A DNA stretch of 49,517 bases from Raillietiella orientalis (lineage: Eukaryota), in the NCBI GenBank assembly GCA_036172245.1, contig JAYWIR010000166.1, forward strand, positions 1 through 49,517, given 5' to 3'. Positions within the stretch are counted from its first letter, which is position 1. Each line of letters starts with the position of its first letter. Shown here piece after piece: positions 13,701 through 26,213 of the stretch. The notes beneath the pieces are model-generated. The model saw nothing but the letters and a program-made list of their open reading frames with translations, was not told the origin of the DNA and ran no database searches. The position numbers were made by a program, and so were the translations under genes.

Positions 13701-14857
13701 AACTTCTTGCCCTTCTGCGCACTCTCTTTTACTCTCAAAAATTCGCTGCGAGATCTCGGTGAAAGTTCGCATTCTTCGCGAGCTTCCGTCCGCTCGCTAG
13801 CTTGGGGCTTCTCCGCGACGAGTTTTTTTATGTTTCCCTCCCCTGTTTTATGGAGGAAGGAAGAGTTTTCTGGGCATGCGCGCTTGCGGTTTTAGCAACG
13901 CTCTTCTAAGTTTTGAGGTTTCTTTTCCCTCGATTCGCGGCGTTTATTTCGCGATGCGAAACGCTCTTCGTTCTTTCGCTTTTCGTTTTTTAGAAGGAGC
14001 TCCGGGCACGTTTGTTTTGTGTGCCCGGGCTCGTGGCAGTAAAGGCAAGTGGCCGAGGGACACTTCGTAAGGTGGTGACCCTTTTTCTCGCATTCCGCGC
14101 ATACAAGCGTTTGCCTCGCATACCACAAGCGGACGGTCATTCCATCCACCTGCGATCGCGTGGGCATTGCCCGGCGATCCGCCATCGTCACTCGCACTTG
14201 CGCGAGACCGCTGTGATGGTCTTCAAAACCCTCAGAAGGGTTTGGCAACCTCCAAAGCCCGTGAATGGGGGCGAATTTTTCAAGGGACTCCAAGACCTGG
14301 CTGTCCGAAAGGCACTTGGCCACTCCACTCAGCCGGACAACGAACTTTTGATCCGCAGTGGTGGGGAGTATTTTCTGCCCACGAATGTGCAGCGGCGTGT
14401 GCAGCAAACGCTGCGTAAGGAGAGCGTCCTTACTGGACACATCCCAGTAGCCGCATTCACTCATGGGCATGATGGACTCCAGCTGGCCTTTCTGAACTCC
14501 AATCCGTTGGGGTTCCTGGACAAACTCGCGCCCAATCCGCTCAAACATAAGGACACTCACCTTATACCTGAGTGCAGACGTGTACCCATTTGCTACATAA
14601 GCCTGCAGCTCAGGGCTGTAGGGCGAAGGTCCTAGTGTAGCCGCTAGGGCAGCGACCTGGGCGAACCTCCTCGCCGTCGGCGAAGACAGTGGCTCCTTTC
14701 TGGCAGCCGAAACCGCCATCTTAGGAGCAGGTACCGTTCCCTTCTTGCGGCAGATGTTCTTCTTTGCTCCCATTGCAGCACAGAAGCACAGCAGAACAAA
14801 AACTCACAAGAGTCAGCCTACCGCGTAGCGACGCAAAAGCACGTCCGTACGCGACCG

Positions 14858-17495
14858 TCGCTGATGCGGGAGACGGGAGATGTTCCCGCTTCTTTCCGCT
14901 CAGCAAAGGTGCGGTTCCTGCCGAAAGGCGGTGATTTGCGCCACCTCAGCAACTGGCGTCCGATCACCTTGGTGAATTCAGACGTTAAGTTGTTCTTCAA
15001 ACTTTGGGTCGCGTGGCTGGGGAGAATCGCAGCGTCCCTGTTGAGTTCGAAGGAGACGTATGCTGTTCCGGGGCGGTCCATGGACGCGAATCTCTTCTCC
15101 GCGCGAACATGGTTCGACCTGCAGCAGCGCGTGTCGCAGCAGAGCCAGGCAGCCAAAATCTCCGCTGCTAAAGGTAAGAGGCGGTTTTCAAGGCACGATG
15201 GAACGCCGGGGCTTTAGCGGTAGCCGTCGATCCTTGCAAATCGTTCGACAGCGTAAACCAGGACCTCCTTCTGGAGCTTTTGGGATGCTCAGGCCTCCCG
15301 ACGCACCTCATTGCCTACTTGCGCTTCTTCTGGCGCCACGCGTTATGCTGTATCTCTTTCAGCGGGCGCCACGTGTATGGCGTTCCCATATGGCGGGGTA
15401 TCAGGCAGGGAGACACCTTAAGCCCCCTGCTCTTCAGCATCTTCTTTGAGTTGTTGCTGAGGGCGTAGAGGCTGACGCTGGCCAGCCTGCCGAGCTCCTG
15501 TCCGGGAACACCGGTCGTGGCCGCATATGCTGACGACCTTTTCCTGTTGCTGCCCATGTCCATCCCGGCCTCCAGGCTCGAGGACTTCTTCGAGCTCATT
15601 CGTAGGGGGGCGAGCCTGTGCGTCAACAGGACGAAATCAACCGTTGTACTGTTGGCTTTACTTGGGAGGAACAGTACGACTGGATCCGCCTGGGGATTTC
15701 CACAGGCAGGTACTTTAAGTACCTTGGCGTTCCCTTCGGCGCCTTTTGTCCATCAGAAGCGTGGTCGGACTGCCTTCACTAGGCCGACTGCTCTGGGCCC
15801 GTTTCAAGGCGGCAGGTTCCTCCTGTCGGAACGGGCCTTCGTATGGAACATTTTCGTTGCCCCTGTCCTCCGCTAACTTTTTTTTTGTTTGTCATCCTCC
15901 CTACTCGGCTAAGTGTCTGGCGCAACGCCTGTTGCGAAACGCCTTGTGGGTACCGGCGATGTCTAGGATACGCCTCAAGGACTTGGCGGATCCTCGGCGG
16001 GATGTAGGCTTGGGCATCCTGACGCTGGAGTGGATCGGACTGCTAGTGCAGTTCCGCATGCTGGCACTTTGCGCCCAGCTCTGGACTACTCCCTGGTGTG
16101 CTCCAGCGCGGCTGCTGCTTCGAAGCTGCACGGGTGGCGACGGATTACGTTCGTTGCATGTGCGCACGGAGCGCGCCCAGAGAGCATTCGGCTTCCCTTT
16201 GAAGCAGCTAGCCACGCTTCTGGAAAAGCATGAGTGGATCTCCTGCCGGCCGACGAACTTCAACGGCTGGAAGCAGGAAGCCTTATCGTCCTGGGCAGCG
16301 CAACAGGATGTGTCCCGTCTGGAACTCCGTTGTGCGAACCTTTCCCCATACTGTACAGTGGGGGAGGTGCTTTAAGACCAGGACCAGTCACACTCCTAGC
16401 CGCTACGCTCCTCGACGAAGCACAGTCTGCACTGATGGTTCGAGACGACAGTGACCTGCCGTCGAGGTTGGAGGTCGCCTGCGAAATCGTTGCCGAAACG
16501 CGACTGCTGTGCGGCTGGAGGACGTGCGAGGTAGCAGACGCTGCCACGCCATGCCTTCGTGCCAAGGGACTTCTTCGATGCAGCGAGCTTTTCGAGGTGC
16601 CCACCGTTGAACTTGTGGTCGCTTCTGCGTGTTTTGACGCGACTGTCTTCCCCCTTGGGTGGAGACAAGACACTTTTCTGCTGGAGCATCGGGGTTTGTA
16701 CTGCAACCACCGCGCGCACCTGATTTCCGGGGGAGTTGCGTCCCCGGAATGTGTCAAATGCGGAGCGGTGGAATTGCTTCCGGTTTTGCTGTTTGAATGC
16801 GGTGCCCTCCAGGAGCTGTGGCGGCGGCTGTTCTCAGCGCTCCTGCACCCCGGACACACCGCACTGGATTGGAAGCGCCGCTTCTTCACGCGTGGCGAAC
16901 TCTCTCTCTGAGCGGTCGTCGCAATGATCTGCTTACCATTGCCAAGATCCTCTTTCTTCATTCTGAGGACACCAAGAACTCGAAACAACCCAAAAGCCAA
17001 AGTACCCATAAACAAAGAGCATCATCCTTCGTTCCCGTACCATTGCCAAGATCCTCAGTCTTCATCCTGAGAACATCAAGACCTCGAAACAACCCAACAG
17101 CCAAAGTACCCATAAACAAAGAGCATCAGCCGTCCGCGCCATTGTCAGGGCCCGCCACGTATTGCAGATGCTAGTAGTGCCAACATCGGTGCCCGACACT
17201 GCAGCTTTCAACCTGCAAATGGCTGCCGGGTGGCCACACCTTGGAGCAGAAGTAAGGACGGATATCGGCTGCATTTACTGCCGGTTCTGAGAATAGGAAC
17301 AGATGAACTTCAGACCCCTATCCCCACCCTCCCACCCAATTTATTTATTCATTGTCTTCTCCCTCATGTTCCCAACTCTCAGTTTGCCCAACCTGCGTGG
17401 CGGGGAATCTACTCCCCATCTTTTGTTTTTTTTGCCTGGGAACACAGTTTCCAGATGTTTTTATCAATGAGCGTCTCGGCACAACCGCGTAATAA
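14858..17495 (+). mobile_element. E2 right piece: RT to 3' end; inserted antisense in E5 ORF1
   Basis: NWRPITLVNSDVK, GIRQGDTLSPLLF, AYADDLF, CVKCGAVELLPVLLFEC. 3'UTR and degenerate end AATGAGCGTCTCGGCACAACCGCGTAATAA are followed directly by minus-strand ORF1 of E5. Confidence 0.88.
16934..17128 (+). repeat. Two-copy ~104-bp tandem repeat inserted in the E2 ORF2 C-terminus
   Basis: TACCATTGCCAAGATCCTC...CCAAAGTACCCATAAACAAAGAGCATCA at 16934 and 17038. The flanks rejoin as AVVAMIC..VRAIVRAR. Confidence 0.8.
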
Positions 17496-18653
17496 ACAAC
17501 GACGCTGAACTCTTTAATTGTCGTGCTACCCTGCTCTTTCTTCTTTTGTTGGTAGGCGATTGTTTTCTCCATCCTTCTCTCCTTCTTTGATTTTTTGGCC
17601 GTTGCCACCTGCCACCCATGCTCAAGTCCGGATCCCTGGACTTTTTCGGCGTTGTTCCCCGGGGTCTCGGGTCCGACCTTGGCCTTGGGCGCGAGTGGCG
17701 CAGCCTTCGCGGCAGCTTTCGCCGCCAGCCTTTTCTGCAGCAACTGAGCGCGTTTTTTAAGATTTCTCTTTAAAAGCACCCGCAGTGTTGCTTTTGGGCA
17801 CACCTCCCTCGTCTGAGCCATTGTGCCGCATACTTGGCACTGCACGTTGGGACACCTCCTTTTGAGGTATCCCGCCGTATTGCAGAAGCCGCAGTATTTC
17901 GGCTTCCCCACATACCATCGGTCGACGGTTTCGCCATCGACCACCAGTTTGTGGAAAAGAGTGCAGCCCTCCCAAACGGTCACGCAAGCAGCCGTGAGGT
18001 CGTGCTGCAGCCTCGTGTTGTCTTGAAAAGGACTAACTTTTGACCACTGCGCGTGGACCGTTCCGTATTCCTCCAACGCGGCGCGAACCTGTTCCTTCCG
18101 GATCCGCAAGGTCACGCCTAATAGGTTGACCACTATGCTGCGGTCCGCCGTAATGGGGAGGAGCCTGCGCGTTTTCATCACCACGGGGGTTTTAAGCAGT
18201 CGTTGGGCCATCCCTGCATGTTTGCAGATGACCCCAACGTACTGACCCCCGCTGCGGATGGTCATAGCGCTGAGCTCCTCCTCTTTCACATCGAGAGCGC
18301 GCATGCCCTTCGAGAAGGCACGCGCGCTCTCTAAAGAATACAAATTGCGTGCCTTGTAGATAAGCGAAGGGTTACACCCCTCTTCTACATAGGCCGACAA
18401 TTCCGCCGCCGCTGCAGGCGATGGCGGCGAAACGACGGCGCTCCACGCCCGCGCTGCAGAGGGGACCGAATCTGTGGGGGCGGACGCCCCCACCTCCATC
18501 GCCTCTGGGGGCGACGTTGCCGCTGCCCCCTGCAATCCATGGTGTTTGCGTAAGGCATCTCTGTCTGATCGACCACCGAACCACACAACGCTAGCGATAG
18601 AGAAGACTTCCTGGCACGAAAAGCACTGAGGAAGCACGTCCGCCCTCGAGAGC
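17496..18653 (-). mobile_element. E5: 5'UTR + most of ORF1 of a close sister of E4; inserted antisense in E6 RT
   Basis: ORF 17345-18736 aligns residue-by-residue with E4 ORF1 (ATG at 18558). 5' end GCTCTCGAGGGCGGACGTG versus E4 GCTCTAGGGTGGACGTG. The right flank reads (H)KAFECVDH on the plus strand. Confidence 0.9.
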
Positions 18654-20913
18654 ATAAGGCGTTTGAGTGCGTGGACCACGATCTTTTTTTGGATCTTTTG
18701 GGTCGCATGGGTTTGGCACCCTCCTTGATCAATCACCTGCGCTCTTGCTAGCGCAGTGCATCATAAACCTTTCGTTCAGCTGTCAAAATGTGTAAGGCAT
18801 GCAGATGCGCCGCGGGTTAAGGCAGGGCGATAGCTTTAGTCCCCTGATCTTTGGCGCCTACTACGATTTGGTGCTATGAGCGTACAGGGCGATTTCGGTT
18901 GCCTTCTTGATCTCGTGTCACGGCACGCCCGCAGCAGTAGCGTAGGCCAACGATTTTCTGCTGATGTTACCCATGTCCACCACGGCAGCCGCAGTCGACG
19001 ATTTGTTTGATCAGTGAAGCCGCGAAATGGGACTGCAGCTGAACAAGGCAATGTCGTCGGTGGTGGCGGTTGGTGCGACGTGGGTTGAACGGCCTGACTG
19101 GATCAGCTTGGGGATCCCCGCGGACAGGTCCCTGAAGTACCATGACGTGACGTTGGGTGATTTCTGCCCGTTAGAATATGGTCAGATTTTCTCCAGAAGG
19201 TAGAGCTGGCGATCGACCCATTCCTCGAAGGCAGGTTCCTCTTGCAGCAAAGGGCCGTTGTATGGAACGCGTTCGCAGCTCCCATCCTTCGCCCCAAGCT
19301 TTTTGTTTGACACGTTTCACCCATTTCAAGAAGAGAACAAAGGATGTACTCTGCATCGCCCTCTGGGGCAAGGGGAGACCTAGATTGCCTCTGAAGGACT
19401 TAAGCGCTCCGCGTCGGGACGGTGGTCTTTGCCTCTTGACGCTGAAGCGCCTGGACATACAGCTGCAATGGCTTACTTAGCCATCGCAGCGAAGTTGTGG
19501 AGCACCCCTTGGTGCGTTCTGTCCGCCTTCTTGCCAGCTGTGTCTCCAGGACTCAAGGACTAGCGTGTTTTCTTCTGTGTTTCTGCCGGGAGATGCGAAT
19601 ATGCGGCCTGTTCCTTGCACTCATGTCCACCTTGGCTAAGGAGAACAGCTGGATAGTAGTCAATCTTGCCAAGCTCCTCCGCATGGCTAGAGGAGAGTGC
19701 TAGCACGTGGGCGAAGATACATGTGAGGAGCAACGAAACGTAAAACTTCTGGCGAATCGGCATCTTCTCCCGGCGCACTCTGCGTGAAACTCTTGAATTT
19801 CCAGAGGATTGCAGGTAGGCGGAAGGGTCATCTTTTGCTTTGGCGTTCCCCTTCCACCAAAGGGTGCTTTACAACAGCCGGAAGCAGAGTTTTCAAGTCT
19901 GCTACCATGTCGCAGGTAGAGAGAAGTCGATGAGCGCCGGACTCGGTGGGAATTCTGTTATTTCCCCTGAGTTGCAACTGGGCGGAGACGACCTCCCTTG
20001 CTGCGTCGCTGCCCTTCCTAAGGAGGGAGCGTCACGGCAGCCGATTGCCGAGGTGGAAAGTCTCCTGTTGGATCGCAGGCAGCGAGAAGATAATGAGGGG
20101 CCTCACCATGGGTCAACTGGCGGACGTCACAATCCCGATCACCCAGCCGCGAGGACTTAAGAAATGGGGCGAGCTGCTCACCGTCCCAATGGATGAGCTC
20201 AAGTGGCCCTCGGTGATGAACGACTTCAGGATCCTTCCCCTGAAGTTGCCAGAGTCGGCGTTGCTGCTGTTATACTAGGGTTTACCCTGCAACGCATGTG
20301 GCGTCAACTGGACAATGGACGCAATGTATCTTGCGTGTGCCAGGTGTGGGGATCGGGAATCGCTCCTTCACCTCATCGTTGATAGTACTGCTTTCCAACT
20401 CCTTTGGGAACGGCTGGGGATGACCCTCGGGCTCCCAATGGGCAGTGCCCCTAGATACGTTTACCGTCACCTCTTCGTGCGGGACGCTCTGCATCCAGCC
20501 GCTGCCCTCGCAGAACTATGCTGCGTTCGAGGCATCGTGGCGGACTGGAGCGATGCCAATGACGCAGATCGAGACCCGAACGAGAGGAATGCCATCCAGC
20601 CTGCAATGCTCTTCATGCAGATAGCTGCCTGATGACCCCATCTTGGACCATTGCTAATGAACCTCGAGGGCTTCCTTCGACGGATGGGCCCTCCTCTCAG
20701 TAATGAGTGTTCCCTTCCTCTCCCAACTAATTCTTTTGGTTCCTTTATTTTTTATTTTTTATTTTTTTTTCCCCCCATCCCTTTTCACTGCCGAGGAGTG
20801 TTACCCCGGGCTGCGTACCGGCATCCCGACAGGTCCAGTGTCTATGGCCGCGTGTGGGGCCTGGTACCTCGGAATGTAGAGTTTTTGAATAAACGTTCCG
20901 GGCGTTCCCGGGT
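18654..20913 (+). mobile_element. E6: decayed Tx1-like element, RT motif KAFD to 3' end
   Basis: KAFECVDHDL, RQGDS, LKDLSAPRRDGGL, CARCGDRESLLHLIVDS. T-rich 3'UTR; ends AATAAACGTTCCGGGCGTTCCCGGGT. Confidence 0.85.
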
Positions 20914-21097
20914 GGCAACAGCATATCCGCGGGGTATGCGGCGCAGAGATCTGCTCCCAGAACTCGCGAACTGACACCTTCTTGCGGTCCGAGTCGTCAA
21001 GATTCCTGGAGATGACGCCTCCCAGGAATTGGCAAAGATGTTCATCCGCACCTGAGATGCGCTTGCACTCCCTGAGTAGATGCCACGCCCTGGATGG
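20914..21097 (-). mobile_element. E7: Tx1-like ORF2 fragment just downstream of APE (host of E6; possibly the same element as E10)
   Basis: Minus strand reads PSRAWHLLRECKRISGADEHLCQFL...DDSDRKKVSVREFWEQ, homologous to E4 SSAWRLPGDWLKLPDAAEHLRTFI...QDWDRFKRSVQEFCDQ. Confidence 0.75.
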
Positions 21098-21397
21098 TTT
21101 TTCACCCTGGTGAGCCGAGGCTTTTATTATGAAGATGTTTTACATCAAAAAAAAATTCTGTAATAAAGTCTTTTTTGTCAATATGTTTTTCCTTTTTCGG
21201 TCAGCACAAAAGTTGTGACTGTCTTGGGGCACTTGCTGTTACCGATCATGAGGCCGATTAGGTCGACCACACTGGTGCAGGGGCGGGAAAAAAAATTACG
21301 AAAAAAAAAGCCTGGAAGGGTAATGTTTTTTGGGAGAGGTGGAAAGAAACGGGTTTACGGTAGGCCGTAAGGAGGCGTCTGCATCCTGTTTCGGATG
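21098..21397 (-). mobile_element. E8: ~300-bp 3'-end fragment of a second Tx1-like subfamily
   Basis: Last ORF2 codons IRNRMQTPPYGLP*, T-rich UTR, end AATAAAAGCCTCGGCTCACCAGGGTGAAAAA. Confidence 0.75.
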
Positions 21398-22270
21398 TTT
21401 TCACCTGGGTAAGTAAGGGCTTTTATTATTTTAAAAAAACAAAATTATAATTATTAATTGCAGTCGATTGAGTTTTCATTGTTTTTGTGTTCCTGTCGGA
21501 ACACATTTACGTATTGTTCTGTACTTGTTTACCGACTTGAGTGCCGGTAAGGTCTACTCAACTCGCGAAGGGGACGGAAAAAAGAAAAAAAATGCTTGAG
21601 GGACATTGTTTATGGGGAGAGGGAGGGAAGGGAAGGGATCCAGGGGGAGGCCTCTGCATCTGGTTCCGCATGCTAACAAGTGCTGGCAGAATTTTCCTCA
21701 GTCAGCGACAACGGGGAGCCTTCTCAATAAAGATCACCGGCCAGTGAATGGCATTCGGACTGCTGTGGCCTCTTATGGACGCGTTCCACTTGTCCAGTAT
21801 TCCTCGTATGCAGCAGAGAACTGCAACACACGCGGCACTTGGCAGGGAGTTCCGCATCAAGAAACAACGAAAAATGTTTCTGGGGTCGCCCACCGCTACG
21901 TTTATGACCGACGAGAGTCGATCCCACGTTAGACCGAGGTCAACACATTCGATTAGTAAGTGGGGGAAGGTCTCCCTTTCACCGCACTCTGCTCATTTGG
22001 CATCCACGATCCCTAAGGTCCAGTGAGACAGGCGTGCTCTGCTTAGAAGTCCACAATGGAGCAGAAGCAACGCCGTCTCCTGCCTTTTCAGGGGGAGGGT
22101 GCCGTTATGCCAAGACGCTGTGGCTACTTCACCTCCTCCAGAGGCACGTAGAGCAGCTCGCCCCAGAGTACAAGTCCATTCGGCGGTACACTCTGGGTTC
22201 TAGCGTCCGCTAGTTCCCAGGACGTCCACGCCTTCATCCGTTTTCTCCTGCCTCCGATAAGGCTGGACAC
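21398..22270 (-). mobile_element. E9: 3' fragment (ORF2 C-terminus + 3'UTR) of the second subfamily
   Basis: HWTLGIVDAK*AECGERETFPHLL, AACVAVLCCIRGILDKW. End AATAAAAGCCCTTACTTACCCAGGTGAAAA. The 5' boundary is approximate. Confidence 0.78.
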
Positions 22271-22279
22271 TTCCCACGT

Positions 22280-23866
22280 TGACGGGGAGTGGGAAATTCT
22301 CTTCCTTTATTTAGACGCAGATGGCTTCCCCTACGGCTGCCTGTGCGTTCCCCTCCTTCCTGGTAGGGATGCTCCTCCTTTGATTCTTGGACTTCCATTT
22401 TGTTTTCTTTGAAGGCACCTCCCCGTAGGAGGACGAAATTCCGACATCCAGATCGTAATCACCTGCGTCAGGTGCCTTGGTCGGCCTTCTCAAGACCTTT
22501 CGCGCCGGATTCTCACAGCCTTCCTGTACGGCCGCGAGCTCTTCCGCATTCTCGCTCACGGGTAGCGCGTCGCGCGGCTCATACTTTGTTTGCACAGAAG
22601 GTTAGCCTTCCGAAATTGCGGCTTTGACGCAAACGAGACGGTGAATATCTCCCCCGGTGGCGTCCTCTAAGGTCTCCACGCTCTCTTAGGTAACAGAGCA
22701 TTCGCGGAGCAATGCGCGGCGTTGTTTGCTATTAAAAGGTTTTCTTTCATCTTCCGGTTACGTGACCTATGTTCTCTCTAGTATTTTCGGTTTCGTCGTC
22801 CTCAAGCCCTCGTTTCTACCAGCGTCGTCGGGAGTTTTCTGTATCAGCGTTTGCTGGGAGGGTCCGGGATGTGGTTTTTGGTTCGCCTAGCTGGTGCCTC
22901 TTTCGGCTTTTTCGTTTGCTCCGCGGGTTTTCTTTTTTTTTAAAAGCAGGGGGAGCAGATGTTTCACGCTTTTACATATTTTTCGGAGGTGGACCTTTTC
23001 TCTGCTTATGAAACACTTGGTGCGAGGCCACCTTTTTTATCATGTGCCCTGTGGCAAAATAGTGCTCATAGCACTTGGGTTTGCCCACGTACCAGACATT
23101 AATCGTATCGTTGTCGATGTCGAGCGTGTGGATTAGCCCGTCGTTTTTGTGCACGGTTTCACGCCCTGCTGTACTTCCATGCCACTGTACAGTCTTTCAT
23201 TTGTTTGGAATACTTTGGTTTTGGTCTAGAGCGCGTGTACCGTGCCGTACTTACAGACTTTCTACTGCACGCCGGTCTTCCACATGCGAAGGGTAACTCC
23301 CGTGAGATGAGCCACTACGGAGCGGTGCTCAGTAACAGGGAAGAGCTTTCTGCCCTCCAGCGTAATGGAGGCATTCAACAGGCGTTGAGTTGCCTTGTAT
23401 CCCTGCAAGTCATGTCCACCCATTGACACCCGTTAAGCACGGAAGGACCTTCCAGCTCTTCCTCCACGACGTTTCACCGCTGCAACTCTGTTTTGAATTT
23501 GCGAGCAGTGCTTCAGACAAAGATATTACCTACCCTGTAAATTAAGGACGGCTTATATCCTTGTGCCCTGTAGGCGGCTTGTTCTGCAATGGCTGCACAG
23601 GATGTTGATGCAGCCACGGCAGTCCAGGTTCTCGTCGTGAGAGAAGACTGCTCCGGGAGTACGGTTACCCCCTTTCTCAAGAGGGCAGTTGCCCTTCCTT
23701 CCGTGGGTCGGTCGCCCCTACTTCCGTGGGTTCGAAAGAGGAATTGGCCTCTCCCCTCCGATATCCATCGCGGTCTCCTCAGGCATTTCTGCCACAGGAT
23801 ACCGGCGATGTACAACTCACAAACACAATCGAAAAAAAGATTCCCGAACTGTCGCAGTCGGCGCGC
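22280..23866 (-). mobile_element. E10: 5'UTR + decayed ORF1; inserted antisense in E11 RT
   Basis: MPEETAMDIG..., AAYRAQGYKPSLIYRVGN, INVWYVGKPKCYEHYFATGH. The right flank reads IIRSRAKVLAKCWLDRLGRVAQIFI on the plus strand (RT N-terminal region). Confidence 0.78.
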
Positions 23867-26213
23867 AAAAATAATACGTTCTCGCGCCAAGGTGCTGGCG
23901 AAATGTTGGCTTGACCGCCTGGGGCGGGTGGCGCAAATCTTCATCATCCCGGAGAAAACATAAGCTGTTCCCGTGCGAAGCCTGGACTCAACCTGCTATT
24001 CGCAAAGACGTGGTTTCACTCCAATGCACCAGGGTAAATGTAACGAACATGGTAAGCACTGTGATTTCTGGGACGTCCGCTGGTGGTTCGTGGGGTGGTA
24101 GAGAGCGCGATGGGGCCCTCGTAGTTGCAATGGATTTGCGAAAAGCTTTCGATTGCGTGCACCAGGTGCTTCTGCTGAAGTTTCTTGAACGCTTGGGCTT
24201 TCCGTCCCCTTTCCGTCGCTCTTGCTGGCGCAACGCGCTGAGCAGCATTTATTTTAGTGGTAGAAACGTGCTGGAGGTGCTGTGCGCCGTGGGATACGGA
24301 TGGACGACAGCTTAAGCTCCTTGCTCTTCAGCACCCAGTTCTAGGTGGTACTGAGGGCGTACACGGAGATTCTAGCTCGCCTGCCGCGCGTGTGTCCAGG
24401 CAAAATGGCCGCATCGTCATATGCGGACGATGTTCTGATGCTGTTCGACAGACGTCGGCGGTCGAAAACATTTTCGAGCCGGTGCTCCGCGGGACAGAGC
24501 TGGAGGTGAAGAGAGCAAAGTCTTCCGTGGTAGCAGTTGGTTGGGCGTGGGGAGAGCAGCAGGACTGATTCCGCTTCAAGATCCTCACTGTGCCATACTT
24601 GAAGTATTACTCGGTGTGCTGCTGGGGGGCATTCTTAGGCGATGCGTGGTCTAGTTGTCTCTAAAAGCCTCGGAATGCGTTCGGTCCGTTCCTGAATGGC
24701 AAGGTTTTCTTGTCCAAATGGGCCGTGGTGTGAAAAAGGCTGGTGGCTTTTCTTTTTGCCCGTTCCTTTTTGTTGTTCCTCCACCGAGAGGTATAATCAA
24801 GCCGACGAAGGACCTATTGAGAATTGCCCTTTGGGGCAGAGGGAGGTTCCGAGTCCGCCTGAAGGACTTGTGCGCTCCATGTCGTTACGGAGGCTTCCTT
24901 CTCTTGACCCTGGAGCGGTTAAGCTGCAGCTCAAGATGAGGACTTTAGCCCTAGTGGCGAAGCGGTGCAGCACCTTTTAGTGCGTACCTGCATTACACTT
25001 GGTTCAGCAAACCAGCATCTGCGCGGACTCGTCTAACTTCCTCGCAGACAAGGTCAGCTTCTCTTCTGTTGTAGTGTCGAGCTTTGACGCGTGAGTGAGC
25101 TGATCTGTACGAACAGCTGGATCTCCAGCCGGCTCTCGAATGGTCCTGCTTTGCTGCAGAAAAGCCTTCGCACATGGGCCAAGAACAAGAAAGCAAGCTC
25201 GGAGTTGCGGAAGCGACTGCTGCACTCCTTTTATGACCACCGCTTTATGCAGAACGTGATCGCGTAGCGCGCCCTGCATGCATGAGACGGAAGGAATTCT
25301 CTTTCGAAAGCTCTCCCTTTCCACAAAGAGCACTTGGGTAGTAGCCAGCTGACAAAAGGGGAAGTCAGATGTAGCATCTCGGGTAGAGAGAAAGAACAGG
25401 TGGTCAGAAGACAAGCTAGCAAGCTAACGACCCGACCCTAAGTGCCCCACCAAAACGATTATTGCAGTGGGGCGAGCTCCTAAGCATTTCTCTGGAAAGA
25501 CCTGAGTGGCTCCAGTGTTGAGAAATACCCTGGTCCTCTTCTCAAATAGCAGGAGTCGGCATTTCTGGTGTTGTGCTGGAGAAACCTTAGCAGCGCCCGC
25601 CGATCTCATTGGACGTGGGAGGCAATGTACCCGAACTGTGTCAGATGTGGGGAACGGGAATCCCTCCCGCACCTGTTTCCTGACTGTGTTGCCCTTTGGT
25701 TCTTGTAATTGCGGTTCGCAACGGCCATTAGTGCACCCATGAACGACCCTAGAGACGTGTTAAAAAGACTCTTTGTGCGCGAAGCCCTTTCGCCAGCCGT
25801 AGCCCTAGCAGCCCATTGTTGCCTATATGGGATTGTAGCCTCATCAAGAAACGTCTCTGACGGACAGCACTGTGCAAGAGTAATCCTTCCCACCTTTTGC
25901 TTCCTGAGTACGGCAGCTGGATGGCCCATTCTAAGGAGTATCTGGACATAACTTGCTGACATCCTGCAAAGGATATATAGGACGGTCCCCTGCGAAAAGT
26001 GATCCCCTTCCACGAGCCCCCTCTGCTTTAGTAAATAGTGTTTTATTTTTAATTTTTGTTTGTCTCTCTCCTTCCGCTGCCGAGTGGATCTTCGCCGGCC
26101 TGCGTGCTAGTCACACTGCAAGTTCCATGTTTGTTTTGGTACGTTGTAGGGTCTATGGCTCTACACATGCATGTTTATTGAGAAATAAACGCCCCAGCGC
26201 ACCCGGAAGTTAA
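23867..26213 (+). mobile_element. E11: decayed Tx1-like element, RT to 3' end
   Basis: MDLRKAFDCVHQ, SYADDVL, LKDLCAPCRYGG, CVRCGERESL. End AATAAACGCCCCAGCGCACCCGGAAGTTAA, followed by minus-strand ORF1 of E12. Confidence 0.82.

Larger units (their letters stand above)
3434..14857 (-). mobile_element. E3: full-length Tx1-like element inserted antisense into E2 and itself split by E4
   Basis: 5'UTR 14857-14774. ORF1 14773-12693 (CAECEKKGHHLTKC, CLYCHEPGHTKQTC). ORF2 starts at 12693 (VACWNVNGL, LQEMQH), includes RT NWRPITFLNRDVK, is interrupted at DLHKAFD (10980/5550), and resumes RQGDSL, ADDLLL, FKYLG, CLRCGAIESLTHLLLEC to a stop at 3688. T-rich 3'UTR, AATAAA and hairpin at 3434-3463. Flanked by an 11-bp TSD. 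Confidence 0.92.

Noticed and set aside
16934..17128. CRISPR-like array
   Set aside because: Only two contiguous units with no spacers and no cas genes, in a eukaryotic context.
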